DNA of 64,000 nucleotides from Octopus vulgaris (lineage: Eukaryota), in the NCBI GenBank assembly GCA_951406725.2, contig OX597822.1, forward strand, positions 99,200,001-99,264,000, in the 5' to 3' direction. Position 1 is the first letter of the stretch, and every line of letters starts with the position of its first letter. Shown here one piece after another: positions 13,139-26,682 of the stretch. The translations under genes were made by a program, and so were the position numbers. The notes under the pieces are model-generated. The model had not been told where the DNA came from. It saw only the letters and a program-made list of their open reading frames with translations, and did not search any database.

Positions 13139-13349
13139 ACTTCCCAGCTATTTCTGGAACTTATTTACAGTTGACCAGACTGGAGCAACAGGAAATGAAG
13201 TGTTTTGTTTTGAAAGCACAATGCACCACCTGGTCTTTGAATCGAGACCACAATCTCACAATCATGAGTGCAGTACCCTAACCACTATGCCTTCACATTA
13301 AGGTGAAAAACATTAAAAAAAGTAAAAAAAAACGAAATCACTGTTGATT

Positions 13350-13990
13350 AATATTGATTTTAAATTTTGACACAAGGTCAGCAAGTTTGAGGAAAGGGGT
13401 AAGTTGATACATCAACCCCCAAAAGATGAAAGGCAAAGTTGACCTCGGTGGAATTTGAACTCACGAAATGTTACTAAGCATTTTTTGCCCAGCATGCTAA
13501 TTAGTCAACCAGCTTACTGCCATACAGTTGATTAATATTCGTTTCAAATCATAGCACAAGGCCAGCAAATTTGGAGAAAGGGGTAAGTTCATTATATCAA
13601 CCCCAGTGTTCAACTGGTACTTATTTTACCAACCCCGAGAAAGGATGAAAGGCAAAGTTGACCTAGGTAGAATTTGAACTCAAAATGTAAATATGAACAA
13701 AATGCCACTAAGCATTTTGCCCAGCACGCTAATGAGTCTGCCAGATTACCGCCTTACAGCTGATTAATATTGGTTTCAAATTTTGGCATAAGGCAAACAA
13801 TTTTGGAGGAGGGACTAAATTGATTACAGCAGCCCCAATGTTCAACTGGTACTTATTTTATCAACTCCAAAAGGATGAAAGGCAAAGTTGATCTAGGTGA
13901 AATTTGAACTTAGAACATAAAAATGGACAAAATGCCACAAAGAATTTTGACTAGCATGTAAGCGATTCTGCCAGCTCACCAACTTACTGT
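13350..13990 (-). mobile_element. Tandem array of SINE family B units
   Basis: Repeated ccccagtgttcaactggtacttatttt...aaggatgaaaggcaaagttgacct...aatttgaactcagaa...gctaa...ctgccagct, about 3 head-to-tail units. Confidence 0.75.
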
Positions 13991-14316
13991 TGATTGATAT
14001 TAAAAATTCAAGGTCAGAATTTAACAAAATAAAAAAATAAAAAAGAATAACAAATTTAGGGAGCAACTGAACAGAAGAGAAAAGAATGCTAGCCCATTTA
14101 ATAAGTGGCAAGAAAAGTAAGAGAAACCATAAAGATGGCAACAGGAAAAGCAACCTTAAGCATGAGTTTGAAGGTTTTATCTGTACAACTGTTGATATTA
14201 AATTAATATCAACAGCAGATTCTGTGCTATTTCACATATAGCTGAAGCTATTTCAGAAAATTGCAAATATACTCTAATAATTATATTGTTAGAATTGCTC
14301 ATTGAGAAGTGAAAGA

Positions 14317-14364
<48 letters not shown>

Positions 14365-15590
14365 TAGATCTTTTACACCTGCTGAAACTCAACATTTCAA
14401 TGTTAAACTAAAAGATTGTTTGATATTATCATGATAATGAAAGGAAAATTATGCATTATCATATTTTAAAGCATAGCAGCCCCAGGGAATTTCATTTAGT
14501 GAATAAAAAGATATTTTTTAAAATTTGTTCAGTAAAAAAAAAAACAAAAAAAAATCCAACTTCTTTTGGTAACAAAGGTGTATGGCTCAGTGGTTAAGGT
14601 GTTGCACCTGCAATCATAAGATTGCAGTTTCAATTCCTGGATCAGGTGAGTTGTTGTGTTCTAGAGCAAAACACTTCATTTCACATTGCTCCAGTCCACT
14701 AAGCTGTAAAGTAATTCCAGCAATGGCAGGGAAGTTAACTCTATGACAGACCGAGTCCCATTCTGGGGTGAATATTATAATCTCAGTCACTTAAACCCCA
14801 TGGAAGCCAGGTTAAGTTTTGGCCTTATGAGTCCTAGGATCATGTCAGACCTAAGTCCAGGTGACAGTTTGTGTACATGGGGAGATTAGGAAAATTTTCA
14901 AAGAGTAGAGGAAATGGTGAGGAGGACTAAAAATGTGTTTGGAAAAAGAGCCCTAAAGACAGTTTTTGCTTAGACTAGGCACGATAATGGTTTCAAATTT
15001 GGCACAAAGTCAGAAATTTCGTGGGGTGGGGGTTGAGTCAATCACATCAACCCCAGTGCTCAACTGGTACTTATTTTATCGACTCAGAAAAGATTAAAGA
15101 CAAAGTTGACTTTGGCTGAAAACATAACAGAAGGAAGGAAAATTATGGTAACAAGGACCAATCAAAGACCAACAAAAGCTTATATGAAGATACCAAAAAT
15201 ATTAAGAGAAAATAAACTTTAAAATGATAGAAGCAATGTGAATATAACTATTATGGAATGGCCATATAAAGTATATAAATAATTTAAAACTATATGCCAA
15301 ATAAATAAATGAATAAGTCAGATACCTCACCAAGAGAACAGGGGGAAAATACAGAAATGAGTGACTAGTAAACAAGTGTTAACTTGAATAGTGGTTTTAT
15401 AGAATTTAGAGTAAAGTAAATACTGATAGTGTACTGTATTATTCCCAACCTGTTTTTTTTTTCAATGCCTTAAGGGCTGAGAGATGAAGTGTATTACAAG
15501 AACAAATTACAAAACAGTGGGAGCTTTTTACAGTGTGTTTGAGAGAGAACAACAAATAATTTTTTTTTCTTTCTCTCTTTTAGGCACTTT

Positions 15591-15820
15591 GGACCTCCAC
15601 CAGAGTTTCCTCTGGCTTCATCCAGACTGAGCATAAATCGTCATCTTTTGGGTCCCCAGCCACCTGCTACACCCGAGTTGGATTGAAATGCATGGCCCTT
15701 ATGGGTGGGTGTAAATGATGCTTCAAAGCGTCGCGTATTGTGCCATCTCTCACCAGAGTGAGGCAATGTGGGCGCAATGACGTGTCATGTTTTCACTTTC
15801 GCTTTGCTGTCAGAGTTTGT
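15591..15820 (-). pseudogene. Decayed 28S (LSU) rRNA fragment
   Basis: Reverse complement of 15591-15657 reads GGGACCCAAAAGATGACGATTTATGCTCAGTCTGGATGAAGCCAGAGGAAACTCTGGTGGAGGTCC. This matches the conserved eukaryotic LSU segment GGACCCGAAAGATGGTGAACTATGC...GAAGCCAGAGGAAACTCTGGTGGAGG. Weaker similarity continues to about 15820. Confidence 0.8.
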
Positions 15821-15978
15821 GAAGTGAATTAAAGTGAAGATCATGTTACCATGTGATCCCAATGGCAAGATATGACCTAAATGTCCTCTACTAAATCTCG
15901 TTAGTATTATTGAAGCAAAAGAAGTAATAGTACAGACCTCATACAGTGAACATAAAGGAGTTAAACCACCTGTAAAAG

Positions 15979-16189
15979 CTCTTTACTCTTTACTTGTTTC
16001 AGTCAATTGAATGCGGCCATGCTGGAGCACCGCCTTTAGTTGAGCAACTCGACCCCGGGACTTATTCTTTGTAAGTAAAGTACTTATTCTATCGGTCTCT
16101 TTTGCCGAACCGCTAAGTGACGGGGACATAAACACACCAGCATCGGTTGTCAAGCAATGCTAGGGGAACAAACACAGACACACAAACAT

Positions 16190-16260
<71 letters not shown>

Positions 16261-16423
16261 TACGACGGGCTTCTTTCAGTTTCCGTCTACCAAATCCACT
16301 CACAAGGTTTTGGTCGGCCCGAGGCTATAGTAGAAGACAGTTGCCCAAGGTGCCACGTAGTGGGACTGAACCCGGAACCATGTGGTTGGGAAGCAAGCTA
16401 CTTACCACACAGCCACTCCTGCC
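15979..16423 (-). mobile_element. SINE family A copy
   Basis: Reverse complement of the 45173-45597 family. Confidence 0.85.
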
Positions 16424-17672
16424 TCAGTTTCATCATAAAGTGGGCTCTAACAACTGATTTTATGGATAAACGATTTGGAAGAGTTAAAGAAAATAAAAAA
16501 ATAGAAAAATAAACAGATGTGAACTAAGTGTGTCCCAATAGATGATAAAGGTGGTAGCCATTTGGGGCTAATCAGAGAATTCACTTATTTCAGATTTTCT
16601 TGATTAATAAAGGCAGGTGCTCTCTCCCAACTGAGGTCTTAGGTTTACAGCTGCGTGTTAAGAGTAGGCTTCTTTAACCAAAAAATTGACACGGGTTATG
16701 TGTAACGGGGATAAAAGATGGGTGAAGAAGTGCCAGAGATCCAAGTGGAAAGTGACTATGGAAAGGGAAAACTAAATGAAACAAGGACAAAAGTGGTGAA
16801 AGCTGATCTCAGGATGGTGAAGATATAAAGATGACAAAGAAACGGGTAAGAAGTTGTGTTGAAAGGATCAGGCCAACCCAACCCATGCAATCAGGGAAAA
16901 GTGGAAGCAAAAATGTCACTGTTGTTGTTGATGATGGTATGAATCGTAGAAAGAATGAAAAGGAACAGAAAAATTAAGATGTGTATGTGAGAAAGAAAGA
17001 GAGAGAGAGAGAGGAGGTGAAAGATAAGGCTGAACATAAAAATGAGAACAAGTGTATCAAGGCAAAACTGGAGTTAACTCTTTTGTTACTAAACTGGCTG
17101 ACACTGCTTCAGTTTGATGATACAAACATCGTGTTTTTCTTCAAATGATTTAAATTAAAACCTTGGATCAAAATTTCATGCTAATTTATGCCCCAAACAC
17201 CATCTTAATAACGACAAAGTTATTTTGTAAAACTCTTCAATAATGTCAAAACTGCTCAAAGCAAAGGCAGCAAATTTCAAAGGAAATATGATAACAAAAG
17301 GGTTAAAGAAACTACAGGAAGAAGTCAAGCAAGAGAGACAGAGAGAAAAAGTGGAAAGCATGAGAAAGTGATAGAGATGGAGTGGGAAGAAATAAAGAGG
17401 GGGGAAACGAAAGCAGAGAGAGAGAGATGGAGAGAAGAACAAACAAGGAAGTAGGGGTGCATACATACAATTTGCATATTGATATCAATTTTTGTTTATC
17501 TGGAGAAAAGACAGACTGGATTATTGAGGATGTTTAGATCCAATGTTATTCCTTCTGTGATATCAAACCTTCTCAGGTGTAATTTTATTCCTTCATCTCA
17601 ATGTGTTCAGATTTATTAAGAATATTACCAGCATAAGTACCAACTTCTCTACCTACATATGCCAAAGTCAGC

Positions 17673-17703
<31 letters not shown>

Positions 17704-17796
17704 GGTAAGATCAATATTTAAATACCGATCTTATCAGGTGGCTAGCATGGGAATAAAAACTTTCAAAGGTAATAATTATTATCTCTTAGATACCCT

Positions 17797-17831
<35 letters not shown>

Positions 17832-17834
<3 letters not shown>

Positions 17835-17997
17835 AGTGGCTGTGTGGTAAGTAGTTTGCTAACCAACCACATGGTTCCGGGTTCAGTCCCACTGCGTGGC
17901 ATCTTGGGCAGGTGTCTTCTGCTATAGTCCCGGGCCGACCAATGCCTTGTGAGTGGACTTGGTAGACGGAAACTGAAAGAAGCCTGTCGTATATATG

Positions 17998-18041
<44 letters not shown>

Positions 18042-18255
18042 TGTTTGTGTGTCTGTGTTTGTCCCTCTAGCATTGCTTGACAACCAATGCTGGTGTGTTT
18101 ACGTCCCTGTCACTTAGCGGTTTGGGAAAAGAGACCGATAGAGTAAGTACTGGGCTTACAAAGAATAAGTCCCAGGGTCGAATTGCTCGACTAAAGGCGG
18201 TGCTCCAGCATGGCCGCAGTCAAATGACTGAAACAAGTAAAAGAGTAAAAGAGAG
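17832..18255 (+). mobile_element. SINE family A copy (followed by older copies to about 19000)
   Basis: High identity to 45173-45597. Confidence 0.85.
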
Positions 18256-19514
18256 AGTATATATGTATATAGGTGTAGCATGGCTGTGTGGTAAGAATCT
18301 TGCTTCTCAACCACATGGTTCCAGGTTCAATCCCATTGTGTAGCACCTTGGTTAAGTATTTTCTGCTAAGGCACCGGGCTGACCAAGGCCTTGCGAGTGG
18401 ATTTGGTAGACAGAAACTGAGACAAGCCTGTTGTTGTGTCTGAGTTTATCCTCACCACCACTGCTTGGCATTTGGACTTGGTATGTTTACATCTCTGTAA
18501 CTCAGTGGCTCAGCAAAAGAGACTGATAGAATAAGTACTAGGCTTTAAAGAAAATAAGTCCTGTGGTTGATTTGTTCAAATAAAACCCTTCAAAGCAGTG
18601 CCCCAGCATGGCTGCAGTCAAATGACTGAAGCAAGTAAAAGATAAAAGATATATATGTGGCTTCAGGTTCAGTCTCTTTGCATGATACCTTGGGCAAGTG
18701 TTTTTTTTCTATAGCCCTGGACTGATCAATGTCTTGTGAATAAATTTGGTAGACAGAAACTGTGAAGAAGCCCACTGTGTGTGTGTGTGTCTGGCACCCC
18801 ACCACAATTTGACAACTGGTGTTGGTTTGTCAATGTCCCCACAAGGTTAGCAGTTCAATAACAGAGACCAATAGAATAAGCACCGGACTTTAAAAAAAAA
18901 CCCCAGATAAATTGGGGTCAATTTTTTCCCCCAACTAAAAACACCTTCAAGGTGGTGCCCCAGCATGGCTGCAGCCCAATGACTATAACAAGTAAGAGAT
19001 AATAGATAAAAGCTATAATATAAGACTAAATAATTCAAAGTCTCATTAAAATTTTTTTTTTTAAAAAGGGTCTGACAAAAATAGGGAAATTTACCAGCTA
19101 TGTTTAACATGTCAAGCAAGCATATTTGTTTTTAGTGTCAGTATATCACATGTCCTGTTATATGAGCCACAGCATTCATCTTTATAATTTCCCACAATCC
19201 ATGAACGATGCAATTTCATGTCATTTTATACTTAGCTTTAAAATAAATAATATTTCATTTCAAGTTGCTGAGAAAGAAAAACATGTTAAGACAGTTGCTT
19301 CAGAACGTCCATACTCTGCATTATGATTATAAATTCATATAATATCAATAAAGTATGATTCATACCAAATGTCTTAACCCATTCTCAAATCGCTTCATTC
19401 GTAATCCTTCATCATTTAAAACCAGCCACACCAGGCCCAAATATTCTGCATGCTTTGTGTTCAAACTGGTCAGATTCAGCCTCTCACACATGCCATATAA
19501 TGTCTTTCTGAAAG

Positions 19515-19808
19515 GCACATGAAGCATTTGAGCAAGGTCATTGCCAGTGCTGCTGGACTGGCTCCTGTGCAGGTGGCACAAAAAAAGCACCATTTGGGCG
19601 TGGCCGTTGCCAGTACCACCAAACTGGCCCTTGTGCCAGTAGCACGTAAAAGCACCCACTATACTTTCATAGTGGTTGGCGTTAGGAAGGGCATCCAGCT
19701 GTAGAAACTCTGCCAGATCAGATTGGAGTCTACTTCGCCAGACCTCAGTCAAATTGTCCAACCCATGCTAGCATGGAAAGCGGATGTTAAATGATGATGA
19801 TGATGATA
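19515..19808 (+). mobile_element. RTE 3'UTR-type repeat copy
   Basis: gtggttggcgttaggaagggcatccagctgtagaaac...catgctagcatggaaagcggatgttaaa(tga)n. Confidence 0.75.
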
Positions 19809-20935
19809 CTATCACGTCATTGAAATCTCAAAGCTATGAGATAACGAATGATTATTTCAAATCAGTTTGAATAAATAAGGATTATGTTTGATAGGATTAT
19901 GTCTGAATGCTAAAGGGTTAAAGTGCTTAAGTTTTAAATTTGAATCTAAGGAAGATAATATAAGATTCATTATCATGATCTTATGTCTGTTTTTCCATGT
20001 TGGCATGGGTTGGCCAAATTCCACTGTATCTCTCTAAGAAACAATTTAGTATACCACTATGTTAGGGAGTTTATCTCATGCAAGACAACTAAAGAGAACT
20101 AAAAAGCCCTGTCTACCCTGTCATAACTGTTATTCAGAGCAACTCCCTACTTAGAAGGATAACATTGTGAGGTGGTTTGCAGAGTCTTTTATCTCTCTTG
20201 TATATTCCATTCTGAGTACAAATAGTTGTCTTTAACAAGTTTCAAAGTTGGTAATTTCACCAAACTTTTTTGTAATTTCCAATTATTTTGAAAATTAAAA
20301 CCTAAGAAGACAGAATACAGTTAGAAATATAGACATAAAAGAGTTAAGAAACAAAATTGAGAAGCTGTTACTGAGTGGGTGGATACTCTGCTGGCCATGA
20401 TGCAGAGTTTTCCATTTGATCTGATCAATGGAACAGCCTGCTTGTGAAATCAACATGCAAGTGGTTGAGTACTCCACAGACATGCATACCCTTAACATAG
20501 TTCTCGGGGAGATTCAGTGTGACCCACTGAATGCGACATGGCTGGCGCATTGAAGTACAATTCATTTTTGCCAGCTGAGTGGACTGGAGCAATGTGAAAT
20601 AAAGTGTCTTGCTCAACAACACAATGTGCCGCTGGGGATCAAACCCACAACCTTATGATCGTGAGTTAATTACACAAACTATTAAGCCACACGCCTTCTG
20701 TTATAGAGTAAAAGGACTCTTAGCTCCGCTTAATATCAAAACCACTAAACTCTATCTGCAAACAGAAGTGTGAAAATATAAAATACTGTTTTAAGCGTAG
20801 TGAATCTCAAGTTGCTGATGTCTGAATTTCAACAAACGATAGGTGTTTCCTTACTAACTTTAATATAAAGGAAACCACACACAAAGAAATCCATACAAAT
20901 CAACATACAGACATGCATGTCAGTGTATGTCATTA

Positions 20936-20939
<4 letters not shown>

Positions 20940-20991
<52 letters not shown>

Positions 20992-21390
20992 TTATATATA
21001 TATGAATATATATATATATGTGTGTGTGTATATATATATATATAAATATATATATATATGTACATCAACACATTCATATATAAGAGATGATCACATATAA
21101 GAGATAAAAAGAAAAAAAAGGACAAGATCTTGGAGAAATGTGTGAGCGTGAGTTTATAGAGAGGCAAGGAATACACACACATGTATGTGTGTGTGTGCGC
21201 GTATATGCATGTGTGTACGTATGTGTATATGTATATACATACACACATACATATATGTATGCATGTATATATATATATATACACATATATATATATACAC
21301 ACATATATATATATATATACACACACATATATATATATACACACACATATATATATATATATGTAGAGAGAGAGAGAGATAGAAAGAGAC
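20940..21390. repeat. Compound (TA)n/(CA)n/(GA)n microsatellite field
   Basis: Direct inspection. Confidence 0.9.
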
Positions 21391-22439
21391 GAGAGTGGGT
21401 GGGTGGAGTTCAATATTTATTACGACATCAATAACCAATAGAATGTGCTACTGCTAGTATAGCTGTAGAGGATAGTGTGCAGAGAGCCAAGTTGGATGGA
21501 ATGCTCTCCATCTCCTCTGCTTAGCAGCTGGCTATAGTTCTTCTCTCTTTGTTTCTTTCCAATGTTTATATCTAATGATGACAAGCTGATGTGACATCTA
21601 CAATAAAGCACTGCATTTCATGGTAAGTTTTATCTTGTTTTGTGAACTTATAACTAACCCAAAGCTATCTTAAGCTCCCGGCCACATTGCTGGTGGAAAT
21701 GGTTATTTAAAAAAAAAAAAAGGGGGAAAGAAAAGCAGAAAGAAAGAGAAAAAAGTTGTAAAAAATTGGAAGACTACAAATAACTAAACTATACAAATAT
21801 ATATATAGGTGAATATACAAGTGTATGTATGTGTGTGAAATTATATATATATATATATATATACATACACACACACAACTTATTTTTGTCTATCATGATC
21901 TAGTTCAGAAAATCCAAAATTAGCTAGCTATAAGCAATAAAGAAAGAACATATATATATATATATGTAAATTGCAAGTTATGGTGGCTCCTTCTTTTATA
22001 GATATTTGATCTTTTGTTGATGGAAATAACTTATTCTTCACAGAAAAAAAGGAAAGAATATACACACACATAAACAAACAAAATAACAAAATTCTCCCTC
22101 ATAAATGAGATCTATAGACAGACAGTAAAAAAAAAAAAAAAATCTTCAGACACCATGGTAAGTGATGTAAAAGTTATTTCTACATTCATTCTCTGGTAAT
22201 CAAGTTTAATTTTTCCTCTGTTTATTGTTTATTAGCTTTTGTTTTGCTTTCTTTTCTTTCTTACATTGCTGTTGTCATCATCATCATCACCCCTAATTAA
22301 ATTCTTCAAAAAAATGTAAGGTGAAATATCCAACTTTCACTACACTGGTGTGTAAGGAAAAAAAGAATGTATAACTGCCGCAGAATTTTTCTTGAATAGA
22401 CAACCTAACTTATAGCAGAGATGTGATTGATTTTATATC

Positions 22440-22522
22440 ATATATATGTGTATGTGTATATATATGAGTTTGTGTACATATGTATGTGTATATATGTGTG
22501 TGTGTGTATATATATATATGTT

Positions 22523-22586
<64 letters not shown>

Positions 22587-22950
22587 TATCATACATGTGT
22601 GTATGTATATATATATGTATGTGTGTGCATATATATATCGTTTGTGTGTATATGTGTGTGCATATATTTGTACATGTTTGTGTATATATGTTGTCGTTTA
22701 ACATCTGCTTCCCATGCTGGCATGGATATGTATGTGTGTATATATATATATATACGTGTGTGTGTGTATATATATATATATGTATGTGTATATATACATA
22801 TATGTATATGTATGTGTGTATATATATGTGCGTATGTGTATATATATGTGTATATTTATGTATGTATATATATATATATGTATGTACATGTGTGTATATA
22901 TGTATACATATATGTGTGTATATGTGTATGTATGTATATATATATGTATG

Positions 22951-23003
<53 letters not shown>

Positions 23004-23015
23004 AAACACACACAA
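22440..23015. repeat. Compound (TA)n/(TG)n microsatellite field
   Basis: About 570 bp of alternating purine-pyrimidine; the source of many spurious YI/VC ORFs. Confidence 0.92.
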
Positions 23016-23426
23016 ACGTATAAGGTTAACCTGTTATCAGATTTGTTAAAGAGTTGTCATGCTTACTTTGTGACTTTAAGTAATTTTCAGCTACAATTTA
23101 GACGAGCATAACTACATTTTCTAATAATTATTTATTAATTGGAGAACATTTAAAGTTCATCAAGGAGAAATTTACAGGTAGAAAATAAAAAGAAGCAAAT
23201 AAAAACAAGTAGAGTTTTATTTTTTAATTTAGTTAAACAAATTTATATCCATCATTTGTTATAAAATTCCACCCTGTTTTTGTTCGTTCCTTTTATGCTG
23301 TGCTCTAATTATTTAGGGTAATTAATGTTTGTGTTATAAACTATAACTTATTTTATGGATAACAAGTCTATCACTGATGTATGTTAACACCAATGAACTA
23401 ATGCAAAGGAAATATACTTTGGTATA

Positions 23427-23625
23427 CTCTTTTACTTGTTTCAGTCATTTGACTGCGGCCATGCTGGAGCACCACCTTTAGTCGAACAAATCGACCCCCA
23501 AGACTTATTCTTTGTAAGCTAGTACATATTCTATTGGTCTCTTTTGCCGAACTAAGTTATGGGGACGTAAACACCACCATCGGTTGTCAAGCGATGTTGG
23601 AGGGACAAACACAGACACACAAACT

Positions 23626-23672
<47 letters not shown>

Positions 23673-23835
23673 GATGGGCTTCTTTCAGTTTCCGTCTACC
23701 AAATCCACTCACAAGGCTTTGGTCGGCCCGAGGCTATAGTAGAAGACACTTGCCCAAGGCGCCACGCTGTGGGACTGAACCCGGAACCATGTGGTTGGCT
23801 AGCAAGCTACTTACCACACAGCCACTCCTGTGCCT
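23427..23835 (-). mobile_element. SINE family A copy
   Basis: Reverse-complement family match. Confidence 0.85.
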
Positions 23836-25184
23836 ATGTATAAAAACAGAACAACAAAAAATTCTCAATAAATTTTAAAATAAACTAAATAATAAAATTT
23901 CACTATCTTAATGAATAAGATGTGTATAGTGGGTCTGGTTGAAAGAAATTAGCAGTTATTTTCCTCAGTTAGGTAAATTAACATACATCAAGGTCCAAAA
24001 ACTAAAGGCTTTTCAAGCTTCTGTTATGCTGGTTCCATCATTAATGCCACAACAAACTCACCAAAACTAATATTTTAATTCCAGTCTTTTTAAACTAATT
24101 ATGTATTCTTCTTCTTCTCTTTATTTATGGACAGAAGACATTAATAATTGATTGCTTTTACCTTTTAAAAACAGTCAAATGTAGTTGAATTAAGTTTGTG
24201 TCAAAAACTAGACTGATGCAGGTACAAGTCTTTTTTTCTCTATAAATTATTTAAGAGGAAATGGATAAGCTAAAAGTATTATTATAAAGCCCAAGTTTAA
24301 ACTGAAAGCTACAAAAAAAATAAATAAATAAAAGCAAATTCTATTGAGTTAATTTCAATATTTCTATAAATTATTAAACAATTATTTTACAGTTGTGTGT
24401 GTGTATATATATATATAATTATTATTTGAGGGAATAAAATCCAAACTTACAAGGAAAAAAATTCAATTTAGAAATACTAAATCAAATATCATACAATATA
24501 ATATAGAAAAAATTAGAAAAAAAAACCACCTTTTTAATTGTTTTTAATTTAATTGTTCATTTTGAATTGATAAAAGGTGGGTTTTTTTCTAATTTATATA
24601 TATATATAACCCATGCTAGCATGGAAAACGGACGCTAAACAATGATGATGATGATGATGATATAAACAACATGAAGCACACAAATGAGTGATATCACTTT
24701 TATAGCAATATTGTTGAGACAAGCAATGTGCCTCATCTTAAGTCTGCTAGAAATATCAGCCAAGTTAAGCTCAAGTCACAAAATCACACCTTGATATCTT
24801 TACAAAGGATTTAAAAAATGCTAGTAAGCTGGCAGAACAGTTAGCATGCCAGGTAAAATACCTCGTGGCATTTCATCTGTCTGCATTCTGAGTTCAAATG
24901 CCACTAAGACTGACTTTTCCTTTCATCCTTAAGGGGGTTGATAAAATAAGTACCAGTTGAGCAGAGGGGTAATTGACTTAGCACCTCTCCTGAAATTGCT
25001 GGCCTTATAACACATCCTAATAGCAAATATCCAGATATAGAACTAGCTATTTCTGAAAACATTCACAAAGTTGATGAAATCCAATTAATCCAAATCTGTT
25101 ATAAGATTGTTCATTCTATACATAATTATCCTTTCACACAAATGCATCATCATCATAAGATCCATTCTCCATGCTAGCAAGAGT

Positions 25185-25220
<36 letters not shown>

Positions 25221-25893
25221 GATAGATAGATATCCACCCCAACAAATTCTGTCTGACCCAGACCCATGCAAAAGCAAGAAGTGAATGTTAACATAATTTA
25301 TTCTTTAATATATATATATATATATATATATATTCTATGTGTGTGTATGTATTCAAATGTTGTCCCTTAGCAGAAAAAAGTACTGGGGTTGATTTATTCA
25401 ACCAAACAGTTTAAGGCAGTACCCTAACTTAATCACAGTTGAATAAATGAAAAAAGTAAAGAGATAAAAGAAAGATGAAGGAGAGAAAAACAAAAGAGAG
25501 AGAGAGAAAAAAGACAAAGTTAAAATGATCACAACCAACCACATATAATAAAGTACATCACTTTTAAATGCTTCATTGTTGATTAAAACAGCAAGAGATT
25601 TGAGATACAGAAAGAAAAAAAGCATCAAAAGACAAAAAAAGTCAATGATAAAAGACACAAACATAAAGGTGCTCCACCCACAACATAAGAAAGAAATAAA
25701 ACAAAGAAAAGAAAGAAAAATTCAAATGAATTTTGTTTCTTAAATGTATTTTTAAAAAATACAACACACAGAATGAAAAAGAAAGGATGTTTCAAAAGAT
25801 ATCGAATATAAACCAAAGCTGGAAAACCATCAACTTGCATTGTAAAAAAGAAATACTTTTAACAGCATATGACGTTTTCTTGAAACACACATA

Positions 25894-25930
<37 letters not shown>

Positions 25931-26088
25931 GCTCACAATGTTCTTTAACTTGGATGAGGAAATTCTCAAGACAATATATATTTTCTTGAAGTAATAATTC
26001 ACTGATACACACATGTGCAAAAGCGTTCTTTTATTTCCAAGTTTTAATGCAGCTCATTTGAAGGACAAATTATTTTCCATACTAGCAT

Positions 26089-26439
26089 AGGTGCAGGCAT
26101 GACTGTGTGATGAGAAGCTTGCTTCCCAACCACATGGTTCCGGGTTCAGTCCCACTGTGTAGAACCTTGGGCAAGTGTCCTGTACTATAGTTTCAGGCCA
26201 ACCAAAGACTTGTGAGTCGATTTGGTAGATGGAAACTGAAAGAAGTTTGTCATATATATATATATATATATATATGAGTGGCTGTGTGGTAAAAAGCTTG
26301 CTCACCAACCACATGGTTCCGGGTTCAGTCCCACTGCGTGGCATCTTGGGCAAGTGTCTTCTGCTATAGCCTCGGGTTGACCAATGCCTTGTGAGTGGAT
26401 TTGGTAGACGGAAACTGAAAGAAGCCTGTCGTATATATG

Positions 26440-26470
<31 letters not shown>

Positions 26471-26682
26471 ATATGTTTATGTGTCTGTGTTTGTCCCCCC
26501 TCCACCATCGCTTGACAACCAATGCTGGTGTGTTTACGTCCCCGTCACTTAGCGGTTCGGTAAAAAGAGACCGATAGAATAAGTACTGGGCTTACAAAGA
26601 ATAAGTCCCGGGGTCAATTTGCTCGACTAAGGGTGGTGCTCCAGCATGGCCGCAGTCAAATGACTGAAACGAGTAAAAGAGT
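26089..26682 (+). mobile_element. SINE family A: 5' half with a younger full copy (26276-26682) inserted in its TA microsatellite
   Basis: Two consecutive heads. The host copy's 3' half resumes at about 26900-27110. Confidence 0.75.

Noticed and set aside
16147-16512. Recurrent ORFs such as YDGLLSVSVYQIHSQG...CPRCH and MFLQLDALPNANHS seen many times
   Set aside because: They are chance frames of SINE-A and RTE-3'UTR repeats, not a gene family.
20829-23111. Many long overlapping ORFs (up to 221 aa) rich in Y/I/V/C/H/T
   Set aside because: They are translations of TA/TG/CA microsatellites, which lack stop codons; not genes.
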